Origin: Deferrisomatales bacterium | Lineage (GTDB): Bacteria > Desulfobacterota > Deferrisomatia > Deferrisomatales > JARGFW01 | Length of the DNA stretch: 64,000 nucleotides | NCBI GenBank assembly: GCA_029211085.1 | Contig: JARGFW010000003.1 | Location: 15,938 to 79,937, forward strand | Direction: 5' to 3' | In this document: in pieces, positions 1 to 8,876 of the stretch | Numbering within the stretch: position 1 is the first letter of the stretch | How the letters are laid out: every line of letters begins with the position of its first letter | Notes under the pieces: model-generated | Told to the model about the DNA's origin: nothing | The model's database searches: none | Seen by the model: the letters and a program-made list of their open reading frames with translations, nothing else | Program-made: the position numbers and the translations under genes

Positions 1-2303
1 CCCAGGAGGTCAACATCACGGGGAAACCGGTTCCGGCCATGACGGTCAACGGCGCGATCCCCGGACCCGTGTTGCGCTTCCAGGAGGGAGACACCGCACG
101 GATCGCGGTCCACAACGCAATGACCGAGGACACCTCGATCCACTGGCACGGCATCCTGGTGCCTCCGGGTATGGACGGCGTGCCGAACATCAGCTTCCCA
201 CCCATCGCGCCGGGGGCCACCTTCACCTATGAGTTCCCGATCCGCCAGGCCGGCACCTACTGGTACCACTCCCACACCGACGTGCAAGAACAGCGCGGGG
301 TGTACGGGGGCATCGTGATCCAACCGCGTCAGGTAGCAACGGTGAGGGCTCGTGAACACGTGGTCCTGCTGTCCGACTGGACCGACGAGGACCCCCATGC
401 CGTGCTGCGCACCCTGAAGCGCGGCAGCGAGTGGTACGCCCTGGAGAAAGGGGCAGCCCAGAGCATCGCCGGCGCAGCCCGGGCGGGGGCCCTGGGAGCC
501 TACTTCCAGCGCGAGTTGCTGCGCATGCCGCCGATGGATATCGCCGACGTGGCCTATGACCGTTTCCTGGCTAACGGGTCCCCCGAGGTCCGTCTGGGCG
601 CAAAACCCGGCGAAACCGTGCGGCTGCGCCTCATCGACGGCTCGGCCACCACCTATTTCCACCTGGAGTTCGCCGGCGGCCCCCTGACCGTGGTGGCGGC
701 CGACGGCCAGGACGTGGAGCCTTTGGACCTGGAACAGCTGCTGATCGGGGTGGCGGAAACCTACGACGTGCGGGTCACCCTGCCCGGGGACGGCGCCTAC
801 GAACTGCGGGCCACAGCCCACGACGGATCGTCTTACGCCAGTGTGTGGCTCGGCGACGGGGAACGACACGCTGCCCCCGCGACGCCCCGGCCGGACCTCT
901 ACCGGGGGCACGCCATGGGGTTGAGTTGGCGCCGGGTGTTCGCCCTCACCCCGGCGGGCTCGATGGGCATGACCGACGCAGCGGTAGAGGCAGGCCGGTT
1001 TGACCATACAGGCATGGGGGACATGGGGGGCATGCACGGGGACATGGGGGGCATGGGAGGCGTGGGGGACATGAGGGACATGGGGGAAATGGGAGGTATG
1101 CGCGGGGGCATGGGGTCCATGCACGGCGCCGGCCATGGGGGGATGGGGGGAGAAATGATGCACTCGATGCCCCACCCGATGAACGCCGCGATGAACCATG
1201 GCGGAGACCACCCCGCACAGGAACCCCGCAGCGGCGCTGGGGAGCCACCCAGTGGGCGCCGGTTCGCCACCGCGTTCCGCCCCCTGGCGGCGGACGTCTC
1301 CTCTGCCGCTGATCTGGCGATGGACGGCATGGACCCCCGCCGCCCCTGGCCCCCCTATGACAAATTGCGCGCCACCCGCCCGACAGCCCTGCCCTCAGGG
1401 CAACCGGTGCGGGAGTTGCGCTTCACCTTGGACGGCGACATGGAGCGCTACGTCTGGTTGTTGAACAACAAGGCCCTCGCGGAAAGTGATGTCATCCACA
1501 TCCACGAAGGAGAAGCGGTGCGTTTCATCCTCATCAACCGCACCATGATGCACCACCCCATGCACCTGCACGGGCACTTCTTCCGGGTCGTCACCGGACA
1601 AGGGGACCGCTCCCCCCTCAAGCACACCGTGGACGTGGCACCGATGTCCACCACCGTCATCGAGTTCGACGCCAACGAGGTGGGAGACTGGTTCTTCCAC
1701 TGCCACCTGCTCTACCACATGAAGAGCGGCATGGCTCGGGTGGTGCACTACGACGGGTTCGACGCCGGTCCCGAGGTGGCGGCCGGGCGACCGGCCCTGT
1801 ACCGAGATCCCTGGTACGCGTGGGGGCAGGGGGACGTGCTGACCAGCATGACCGAGGGCACCCTGCAGGCGTCGAACACCCGCAACGTCCTGGCCGCCGG
1901 GTGGGAGGTCGGCTGGCAACATGTAGATGGCACCGAGTGGGAGGGGATCGCCACCTGGGACCGGGTTCTGAACCGCTTCACCAGCCTGTTCGCAGGGGGG
2001 GACTTTCTGGGCGTCGATGACGACGTGGAGGACGTCCGGGCCATCGCGGGGGTGCGCTACCTGCTGCCCCTGAGCATCGAATCGCGTTTGTGGCTCGACT
2101 CGGAGTTGGGAGCGCGCATCACCCTGGGTCGGCGGCTGGATCTCACCCCGCGGTTGGGGCTGAGCGGCGAGGTGGGGTACGACACCCATGCCCAGTGGGA
2201 GGGTCGGGTCACCGCAGACTACACCCTGACCCGCGGCTTCTCCATCCTGGGTAGCTGGCACTCCCAGTTCGGCTGGGGTGCCGGAGTGCAAGTTCGGTTC
2301 TGA
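1..2303 (+). CDS. Multicopper oxidase (CopA/PcoA type), 5' end outside the window, with a C-terminal CopB/PcoB-like extension
   Basis: The frame of ORF 39..2303 stays open back to nt 3 (QEVNITGKPVPA precedes the first Met), so the gene is 5'-truncated. Copper-site motifs are present: HWHG, WYHSH, HPMHLHGH, HCHLLYHMKSGM. There is a Met/Gly/His-rich insert (GMGDMGGMHGDMGGMGG...). About 190 aa after ...ARVVHYDG are beta-strand-like and end in ...GAGVQVRF, as in CopB-type outer-membrane proteins. Confidence 0.85.
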   Translation, partial: QEVNITGKPVPAMTVNGAIPGPVLRFQEGDTARIAVHNAMTEDTSIHWHGILVPPGMDGVPNISFPPIAPGATFTYEFPIRQAGTYWYHSHTDVQEQRGVYGGIVIQPRQVATVRAREHVVLLSDWTDEDPHAVLRTLKRGSEWYALEKGAAQSIAGAARAGALGAYFQRELLRMPPMDIADVAYDRFLANGSPEVRLGAKPGETVRLRLIDGSATTYFHLEFAGGPLTVVAADGQDVEPLDLEQLLIGVAETYDVRVTLPGDGAYELRATAHDGSSYASVWLGDGERHAAPATPRPDLYRGHAMGLSWRRVFALTPAGSMGMTDAAVEAGRFDHTGMGDMGGMHGDMGGMGGVGDMRDMGEMGGMRGGMGSMHGAGHGGMGGEMMHSMPHPMNAAMNHGGDHPAQEPRSGAGEPPSGRRFATAFRPLAADVSSAADLAMDGMDPRRPWPPYDKLRATRPTALPSGQPVRELRFTLDGDMERYVWLLNNKALAESDVIHIHEGEAVRFILINRTMMHHPMHLHGHFFRVVTGQGDRSPLKHTVDVAPMSTTVIEFDANEVGDWFFHCHLLYHMKSGMARVVHYDGFDAGPEVAAGRPALYRDPWYAWGQGDVLTSMTEGTLQASNTRNVLAAGWEVGWQHVDGTEWEGIATWDRVLNRFTSLFAGGDFLGVDDDVEDVRAIAGVRYLLPLSIESRLWLDSELGARITLGRRLDLTPRLGLSGEVGYDTHAQWEGRVTADYTLTRGFSILGSWHSQFGWGAGVQVRF

Positions 2304-2511
2304 TCAGCGGCCGCGGCTCCGCAATGACACGTCGACGCCGGGAAACGAGCCCCTTCTGTCCAATAGAGCACAGCCGTGCTGACTATTCTGCAGAAACTCG
2401 GCAACCCTCTCCGTTTTGCCTCGATTCCCGGGCCCGCAACCAGGCACGCCTCTTGCTCTACCCTTGCCCGAAGTACCGAACGCCCCCGTTCACCGAAGGG
2501 TACGTGTCACG

Positions 2512-4890
2512 ATGGCCCACACCCTGCGACGTTGGTTCGATGTGTATCAAGGCGAGGCGCGTCTGTTTCTCCTCTCGGCCCTGGTGCTGTTTTTCGTCCG
2601 CAGCTCCGGGGTTCTGTTCGGCAACTACGCGGAGACGGCATTTCTGAAGCGGTTCGGGATCGAGTACCTCCCGATCCTCATCGTGGTGAACTCCCTGTGC
2701 ACCTTCGTGGTGATGGGGTTCTTCGGGAGGCTGATGGCCCGGGTGCCGGCCGGCAACCTGCTCCGGCGCGCCCTCATCGGCTGCGGCGTCGTGGTGGGTA
2801 CCCTGCGGCTGGCGGTCCCGCTGGGACTCGATCTCCTGTATCCGGTGCTGTACGTGCTGCGCACCCAGTTCGACCTGTTGCTCACGTTCCTGTTTTGGAA
2901 CCTGGCCAACGAGCGGTTCTCTACCCGTCAATCCAAGCGCCTGTTTCCCCTGATCACTGCCGGCGGGATCGTGGGGGGGATTCTAGGCAGCTTCGCCACC
3001 CCACTGGTGGCACGCATGACCTCGGTGGACAACTTCATGTGGCTCTATGGGATCCTGGTCCTCACCGGAGCGACGTTCACCCGGAGTCTGGCCCAGGAGG
3101 AAAGACCCCCGTCGCCGCAGCACGCCGAGCCGGCGGAACCGTCGGGGCGTTCCTCCCTGTTCCAGGAGATCCGCAGGGCCACCCCCGTGCTGCGGGAATC
3201 CTCCCTGGCCCGTTCTCTGGTGCTGATGACCCTGCTGCCGAACATCGTGATACCGCTCTTGAACTACCAGTTCAGCTTTGCGGTGGACATGAACTACGGC
3301 TCCGAAGCGGCCATGCTGGGGTTCTACAGCACCTTCCGGGGTGTCCAGTACATTCTCGCCCTGGTGATCAGCCTGTTCGCCGGGCGCTTGTATGCCCGCT
3401 TCGGGATTCCCACGTCCCTGCTGTTCCATCCACTCAACTACCTGTTCGTGTTCGCCGGGTTCCTGTTCCAGTTCGATATCTTCACCGCGGTGTACGCCGG
3501 CATCTCCGTGGGCGTGTTGCGGATGTCCGTGCACAACCCGGCCCGAACCGCTTTGTTCGGGCTCTTCCAGGAGCGGGAACGGGTGCTCCTGCGCGTGTTG
3601 CTCCGGAGCACGGTGGTGCGTGTCGGCCTCCTCTTGGGTTCCCTCCTCGTGCTGGTTTGCCAGTCCGGTTATTTCGCCTGGTGCCGCTCGGCCCTCCACC
3701 CCCAAAACCTCTCCCCGTTCGGGATGTTCTTCGCCGGGCTATGGGTCTGGGTGACGCTGCGACTCCGGCGGAAGTACCCCGCCATCCTGCTCCGGTCGAT
3801 CGGACACGAGCCCCCGGCCGCAGTCGCGGCGGGAGCCCTGGTGAGCCATGGCGTGCGGCTTCCGGCCGACGTTCTCTCCCGGTGCCGAGAACGGGTGGAC
3901 CGCTGCTACCGGAGCCTTTTCGCGGCACGGGATCTGCGGCGGGTTTCTCCCCCGAGCCCGCACCGCGAGCTACTCGCGCGGCACCTGGAGGAAGCGGCAA
4001 AGCAGGACGCGCTGGAGACCCTCTCTGCGGCCGCTCAAGCGGATTCGAGCGGCCAACTGGCGACGGTCCGGCGTGCCCTCGACTCCGGCTCCTCCCGTCG
4101 GCGATCCAACGCCCTGGAAACCCTGGACCACCTCCTCGACCGCTCCCTGGCCCGACCGTTGCTCGCGTTGCTCGATGACCTGGCACCGGGCGACCGGCTG
4201 GCTGCCGGCGCTCGGTACCTGAAGGACCGACGACCGGCGCGATCGTCGGCGGCGGACCTGATCGGCGGGTTCCTGCGCAGCCCGGACCGGGTGACGCAGT
4301 TGCTCGCGCTCCATCTCGCGCAGCACGGCGGAGCACCCTCGACCCATGCGACCGACCTGCTGCGGTTGGCCGACTCGTCCACCTCCCACGTTCGGGATCT
4401 GGCCGCCGCCATGGCTCACGGAACCCATGACAGCGGCGCGGTTTCGAACGGGCCGGCGGTTGTCACCCCAAACCTGGTCGACGCCATCCTGCTGCTGCAC
4501 AGCCTGCCCGCCATGGCCGGCGTGCCCGTGCGGGACCTGGCTGAGTTGGTGTCCTCGGGAGGCTTCGTGGAGGCGGATGCGGGGCGGGAGATCGCCCTGG
4601 ACGGCGCTCCGTTTCAAGGCATCTGTCTGGTGCTCGCGGGTGCCCTGTCGGTCGAGGGTGATGCCGTTGGCGGAGGACTGGAGTCTGGAGGGGCACTGCT
4701 CCTCGGTCCGGGAGATGCGTTCGGACCGGCGCTCCCCAACGACCCGTGCAGCCGGGGCTTGTCGGGGCGGGTGGTGGAAAACATCCGCCTGTTCCTCGTC
4801 CCCAGGGACCGACCGGCCCCGCTGGACGCGATCGCGGCGGCAAGTCGCTTCAGGGCGCCCTGCTCTCCCGCGCCAGCATGGTCTCGATGA
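2512..4890 (+). CDS. TLC/AAA-family (ATP:ADP-antiporter-like) polytopic transporter fused to HEAT-like repeats and a degenerate C-terminal cNMP-binding-like domain (paralogue 1)
   Basis: It lies in ORF 2416..4890, and I place the start at ATG 2512 (MAHTLRRWFDVYQGE). The N-terminal half is collinear with the 15453..18734 protein (FFVRSSGVLFGNYAETAFLKRFGIEYLP / LFWNLANERFSTRQSKRLFPLITAGG). The middle has HEAT-like helical repeats. The C-terminus looks like a beta-barrel but lacks a clean FGE...R(S/T)A phosphate-binding cassette. Confidence 0.7.
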   Translation: MAHTLRRWFDVYQGEARLFLLSALVLFFVRSSGVLFGNYAETAFLKRFGIEYLPILIVVNSLCTFVVMGFFGRLMARVPAGNLLRRALIGCGVVVGTLRLAVPLGLDLLYPVLYVLRTQFDLLLTFLFWNLANERFSTRQSKRLFPLITAGGIVGGILGSFATPLVARMTSVDNFMWLYGILVLTGATFTRSLAQEERPPSPQHAEPAEPSGRSSLFQEIRRATPVLRESSLARSLVLMTLLPNIVIPLLNYQFSFAVDMNYGSEAAMLGFYSTFRGVQYILALVISLFAGRLYARFGIPTSLLFHPLNYLFVFAGFLFQFDIFTAVYAGISVGVLRMSVHNPARTALFGLFQERERVLLRVLLRSTVVRVGLLLGSLLVLVCQSGYFAWCRSALHPQNLSPFGMFFAGLWVWVTLRLRRKYPAILLRSIGHEPPAAVAAGALVSHGVRLPADVLSRCRERVDRCYRSLFAARDLRRVSPPSPHRELLARHLEEAAKQDALETLSAAAQADSSGQLATVRRALDSGSSRRRSNALETLDHLLDRSLARPLLALLDDLAPGDRLAAGARYLKDRRPARSSAADLIGGFLRSPDRVTQLLALHLAQHGGAPSTHATDLLRLADSSTSHVRDLAAAMAHGTHDSGAVSNGPAVVTPNLVDAILLLHSLPAMAGVPVRDLAELVSSGGFVEADAGREIALDGAPFQGICLVLAGALSVEGDAVGGGLESGGALLLGPGDAFGPALPNDPCSRGLSGRVVENIRLFLVPRDRPAPLDAIAAASRFRAPCSPAPAWSR

Positions 4891-5989
4891 CCTCGGCGAT
4901 GTCGTGTCTGCCAGCCTGGCGCAACGGCCCGAGCAGCTCGCGGTAGAAGACGTCGCGGTGGCGGATGTTGATGTCGAAGGCCGAGAGCTTTTCGAGATCC
5001 ACGTCGTCCGCGACGAAAGCCCGGGAGCGCTCCAGCGCCCCCACGGCGGCCAGCCCGGTCATCGTGCGCAGGCACTTCTCGCACTCGCCACAGTTGAGCC
5101 GGTCCTCCACATTGGCCAGACAGACCCTCAAGTTGTGCAGCGCCACCTCCCAGTCGGCAACCAGGCGAATCTTGTCCATCCGCGACAGATGCAGGTCCTT
5201 GTGGAAGATGGGCAGGTCACGGCTGGAGTACTTGGGTTCGAGCAGCGGGTGGGTGCCGCAGGGGACCAGGTGCGCCACCGGGTAGGACGAACCGATGTAC
5301 AGGGTGTCCCACCGCGACGCGAAGGCGTGCCCGCCCGCCGCTAGGACCGCGCCGCAGAACTTGCCCAGCCACAGGGCGCGGTCGTCACACAGGTGGCGCA
5401 CGTTGGTGTACAGGGGCACCAGTCGGGTGCCGGCTGCCTCCATGACCGGGGCCAGCGCCTGCCGAGCGCGCTGGTAGACCGGGTACTTCATGCCCCGGCG
5501 CACCACCCCACCGATCTCGAAACCGTGGATGAACAGGCACTCCCGCACATAGCCGGGGTGGCCCTCGGGATAGTACTGCCGGTTGGTGAGCAACGCGGCA
5601 AAGGAATCGATGCCGCCCGACATCAACAGCGCAGCGCTGCGGTCCCGCCCCGGGAACAGGGTCTCCCCGAGCCTCGGCGCATGGATCTCCAGGGGGCGGT
5701 AGGCATCGCCACCCCAGTGTGCCAGCAGCGCCATCGCGTCTGCCAACCCCTCGGCCAGCTGCGGACACACCGGATCTTCGAGGGCGATTCTTCGCTCTCG
5801 GAAGTGCATGGCGGGCACGAAGCAGCCAACCAGAAAGGGGTGGGCGGTGAGCGAGAGGCTCTCGCCGTACGGCTCCTCCGTCTCGAAGAACACTTCGGCG
5901 GGTTCCTTGCTGCAGTCTTCCCACACCACGTCGCAGCGGATCCGCACCCTGCCCTCGCGGGTGACTTTGTCCAGGTTGCGGATTCTCAT
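4850..5989 (-). CDS. PP-loop ATP pyrophosphatase superfamily protein, QueC-like (predicted carboxylate adenylation/amidation enzyme)
   Basis: It lies in ORF 4850..6154, with the start at ATG 5989 (MRIRNLDKV). That start overlaps the upstream TGA by 4 nt (ATGA). It carries the PP-loop motif SGGIDS and a C-terminal Cys cluster NCGECEKC like the Zn site of QueC. The upstream extension of the ORF is Arg/Gly/Pro-rich and looks non-coding. Confidence 0.7.
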   Translation of the reverse strand: MRIRNLDKVTREGRVRIRCDVVWEDCSKEPAEVFFETEEPYGESLSLTAHPFLVGCFVPAMHFRERRIALEDPVCPQLAEGLADAMALLAHWGGDAYRPLEIHAPRLGETLFPGRDRSAALLMSGGIDSFAALLTNRQYYPEGHPGYVRECLFIHGFEIGGVVRRGMKYPVYQRARQALAPVMEAAGTRLVPLYTNVRHLCDDRALWLGKFCGAVLAAGGHAFASRWDTLYIGSSYPVAHLVPCGTHPLLEPKYSSRDLPIFHKDLHLSRMDKIRLVADWEVALHNLRVCLANVEDRLNCGECEKCLRTMTGLAAVGALERSRAFVADDVDLEKLSAFDINIRHRDVFYRELLGPLRQAGRHDIAEVIETMLARESRAP

Positions 5990-6867
5990 GGGGAGTACTC
6001 CGTTTCCAGGTGCCGCACGATCATTGCCGCCACATCCAGCCCGGTGGCCTGCTCCAGCCCCCGAAACCCGGGTGCATAGTTCACCTCCAGGAGATAGGGG
6101 CTGCCGTCCCGGTCGACGAGCAGGTCCACGCCGGCCAAGTCCAACCCGATGCAATGGGCCGCTCGCTCGGCCAGGCGCCGCAGGTCCGCCGCAACGGGAA
6201 CCCCTCCCCCCCGACCACCGCGGTGGATGTTGGCTCGGAAATCGCCGGGGGCGGCCACGACATCCATGGCGGCGACCGCGGCGCCTCCGAGTACCAGCAC
6301 ACGGATGTCACGACGTCCTTGGATCGGCACGAAGCGTTGCAGCAGGAACCCCTGCTTCGGCTCCAGGTCGCGGTCTACCAGCGCCTCCAGTTCGCGCAGG
6401 GATTCCGCCAGCCAAACCCCGCTTCCCTGCCGTGAGCGGGTCTGCTTGACCACCAGGGGGAACGCGCCGACGCTGGCAGCACAGGCAGCCAGGGTGTCGC
6501 GGTGGTTGCACAGAATCGAATCCGGGACCGGCAAACCCGCCGCGGTGAGACACTGCATCGTGTGAAACTTGTCGCGGGCGATGGCGATGGGCTGCGCCCG
6601 GTTGAGCAGCGCGACGCCCGCCAGCTCCAACTGCCTCACGTAGGCCAGATTCGGGTCGCTGACCAAGGCCCCCTGGCGTGGGATGACGACATCGGGGCGC
6701 GGCCCCTCCGGGTTGGGGCCGAAACCCAGCTGGCCACCGCGCATGAGGGGCCGGAGCGCATACGGATTGATCAACGATGCGTCGTGGCCGCGCTGCTGCG
6801 CGGCCTCCATCAAGCGCTGGTTGGGATGGTAGGCCGCGTCACGGACCGATACGATGCCAATACGCAC
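5986..6867 (-). CDS. RimK-family ATP-grasp ligase (alpha-L-glutamate-ligase-like)
   Basis: This 293-aa protein has a GTG start at 6867. RimK-like blocks are present: ARDKFHTMQ, VVKQTRSRQGSGV, DIRVLVLGG, DFRANIHRGG, AGVDLL...YLLEVN. Confidence 0.85.
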   Translation of the reverse strand: MRIGIVSVRDAAYHPNQRLMEAAQQRGHDASLINPYALRPLMRGGQLGFGPNPEGPRPDVVIPRQGALVSDPNLAYVRQLELAGVALLNRAQPIAIARDKFHTMQCLTAAGLPVPDSILCNHRDTLAACAASVGAFPLVVKQTRSRQGSGVWLAESLRELEALVDRDLEPKQGFLLQRFVPIQGRRDIRVLVLGGAAVAAMDVVAAPGDFRANIHRGGRGGGVPVAADLRRLAERAAHCIGLDLAGVDLLVDRDGSPYLLEVNYAPGFRGLEQATGLDVAAMIVRHLETEYSP

Positions 6868-6891
6868 AGGCGTTGCCTTTCCGAAGGGGGC

Positions 6892-8079
6892 TCAGCGGCT
6901 GGCGATTTCAGCGAACTCCGCGGCCGTCCAGATACCGACCTGCTTGTTCATCTTGGTGCTGAAGAACGAGCCGACCTGCACGGTGTTGTTGCGCCGGGCC
7001 ATGGTCTTGGTGGCCTCGTTGTCTTCGGCGATGATCGAGTAGAACTTGCGGCCCTCGGCCCGCGCGGTCAGTCCCGCGAGCAGCTGCGTGCCGATCCCCA
7101 GCCCCCGGTACTCGGGACGAACCGAGGTATAGCCGCGCTCGAGAAAGCCGCGCAGGTCGAAGCCGGTCTGCTGGCGCACGGTTTCGATGTATTCCTCGCG
7201 GGGGTGCTTCAGGGTGGAATCCGCCACCACCCGCCCGCGCTCCGTCACGTAGCCGATCAGGAACGCGGTCTCCAGATTGCTGCGCACGCGCTCGGTGGCC
7301 ACCGCCCCCCCCGCCGCCACCAGTCGCAGCACCTCGTCGAAGACCCCCGCGGGAACCTCCGCGGGGGGCGCGAACTGGTACTCGAGGGCCGCGCCCAGGG
7401 TGAACAGGGAACCGTCGTCGGCCGCGCGCATGCGGCACAGGGTCTTGACTCCGTACCGGAGCACGGCGCACAGCAGCTCCGCAGGGTCGGCCAGCCGGGT
7501 CCACAGCGGACGACCTTCGAGGGCGGCGGTCTCACCGTAGCGTGCGCGCAAATCGACCCCCCGCAATCCGCCGTCGGGTCGCTGGTGGAAGCGCGCATGG
7601 ACCACCGTGGGCTCGGCGGCGGCCTCGGCGTCCCAGGCCGTGCACACTGCGGGGGGAGACTGCGCGTCGCTGAGCACCACGTTCCAGATCCCATCTTTTG
7701 CACTCTGCCACAGACGCTTGATCTGGTCCCCCGCGGGCGGCTCGTGGACGCGCCAGAAGACCACGCGGACGCGGCGGCCGAACTCGGACAGACCCGGGCG
7801 CCCTACCGACCCATCCAAGGGCAGGGTCATCGCTATGCTTCCGCCCACCTCCGGATGCTCGCGGATGTGCTCCAGGAGGACGTGGGCCGCTGGCTCACGG
7901 ACCGCAACCCCGGGCAACAGGCTTGCCCGAACGCCCAACACAGGTCCGCAATACAACAACAGGTCTTCTCCCCGCGAAAAATCTTGGCACACGGGTTCCT
8001 GGCCAACCGGCCGGTCGCCCGCCCCTTCGGCACTGCGGGGTACGGCGCCCCCGCGACTCCGCTCTTCCGCGTCCGTCAC
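6892..8079 (-). CDS. Two-domain protein: unknown N-terminal domain (about 230 aa) plus C-terminal GNAT acyltransferase
   Basis: It lies in ORF 6892..8130. I place the start at GTG 8079, which overlaps the upstream TGA (GTGA) and has AAGGGAGG 7 nt upstream. The C-terminus has the GNAT acetyl-CoA motif (RPEYRGLGIGTQLLAGL). I recognise no motif in the N-terminal part. Confidence 0.65.
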   Translation of the reverse strand: MTDAEERSRGGAVPRSAEGAGDRPVGQEPVCQDFSRGEDLLLYCGPVLGVRASLLPGVAVREPAAHVLLEHIREHPEVGGSIAMTLPLDGSVGRPGLSEFGRRVRVVFWRVHEPPAGDQIKRLWQSAKDGIWNVVLSDAQSPPAVCTAWDAEAAAEPTVVHARFHQRPDGGLRGVDLRARYGETAALEGRPLWTRLADPAELLCAVLRYGVKTLCRMRAADDGSLFTLGAALEYQFAPPAEVPAGVFDEVLRLVAAGGAVATERVRSNLETAFLIGYVTERGRVVADSTLKHPREEYIETVRQQTGFDLRGFLERGYTSVRPEYRGLGIGTQLLAGLTARAEGRKFYSIIAEDNEATKTMARRNNTVQVGSFFSTKMNKQVGIWTAAEFAEIASR

Positions 8080-8876
8080 GGTGTGCCTCCCTTCTGGTCG
8101 GTGCACCGCAGGTCGTCTGCAAAGCGGCACAAGACCTCGCCCATGGCCATCTTGATTGACGACAGTTTCAGCGCGTCGCAGGCATAGGCATCCGGCTGTT
8201 TATACAGATCCTCGTTGAGTTCCACCTGAATTGCCCACTTGCCTTGCTGACGAAGCAACGGGCCGTAAGTCGCTGTGATGAAGCCACCGGAATACGGGCT
8301 ATTGAGGGAGACGCTGAACCCCTGCGCACGAAACGCCTCCGCGAGGAAAGCCAGAATCTCGCCCGGGCAGCTGGTGGTCCGCCTGGCAGAGGTCGAACCA
8401 TTGGGATCCCCCAGGTTGCCCAGGGTCACATCCTTGCGACGCTGGGATCGGTCTGGAGCGTTGACCGGGCCGATCCCCTCCAAGGAGTGGCAATCGATCA
8501 AGCCGGCGCAAGGCGTCGTGGCGAGCACGTCGCGCAGGCGGGTGTGAAACGGCTGGTAGTAGCGCTCGATCAGCTGCGCTCTCAACGCGGCGGACGGCTC
8601 CCGTCCGGGCTTCCACACCCGGTTGCCCCCGTAATCCGTCTGCGGGATCACCCCCATCGGGCGCTGGTCGTCGATTGCCCGGTTCAGATCGACAACCAAC
8701 CGGCTACACACCGCCGGCACAACGGCCACTACCGGCAGGTCGACATAGATCTCGCCGGTGCACAGGTCCGCCGAGCGGGCCACCTCTTCGTCGCCGACCG
8801 CCAGGCGCTCGACGATCTCCGCGGCGATGGTTGTAGAACAGTGGGGCAACGACAGAACGAACGGCAGCGGGTTCAC
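8076..8876 (-). CDS. N-formylglutamate amidohydrolase (FGase) family hydrolase
   Basis: This 266-aa protein has a GTG start at 8876 that overlaps the upstream TGA (GTGA). FGase-like blocks are present: SLPH, RLVVDLNR, GLIDCHS. Confidence 0.7.
   Translation of the reverse strand: MNPLPFVLSLPHCSTTIAAEIVERLAVGDEEVARSADLCTGEIYVDLPVVAVVPAVCSRLVVDLNRAIDDQRPMGVIPQTDYGGNRVWKPGREPSAALRAQLIERYYQPFHTRLRDVLATTPCAGLIDCHSLEGIGPVNAPDRSQRRKDVTLGNLGDPNGSTSARRTTSCPGEILAFLAEAFRAQGFSVSLNSPYSGGFITATYGPLLRQQGKWAIQVELNEDLYKQPDAYACDALKLSSIKMAMGEVLCRFADDLRCTDQKGGTP

Noticed and set aside
1000-1200. A tandem-looking nucleotide repeat (ggggcatg / gggacatg units), considered as a possible VNTR or CRISPR-like array.
   Set aside because: It is in frame inside the multicopper oxidase and encodes the Met/Gly/His-rich copper-binding loop typical of CopA/PcoA. 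The units are irregular and have no spacers.
2416-2511. An N-terminal extension of paralogue 1 (MPRFPGPQPG...). Analogous extensions occur in ORFs 15243, 10073, 18790, 23188 and 50194.
   Set aside because: The extensions are Pro/Arg-rich and not matched in the paralogue. Internal starts coincide with the onset of conserved sequence and/or a Shine-Dalgarno sequence.
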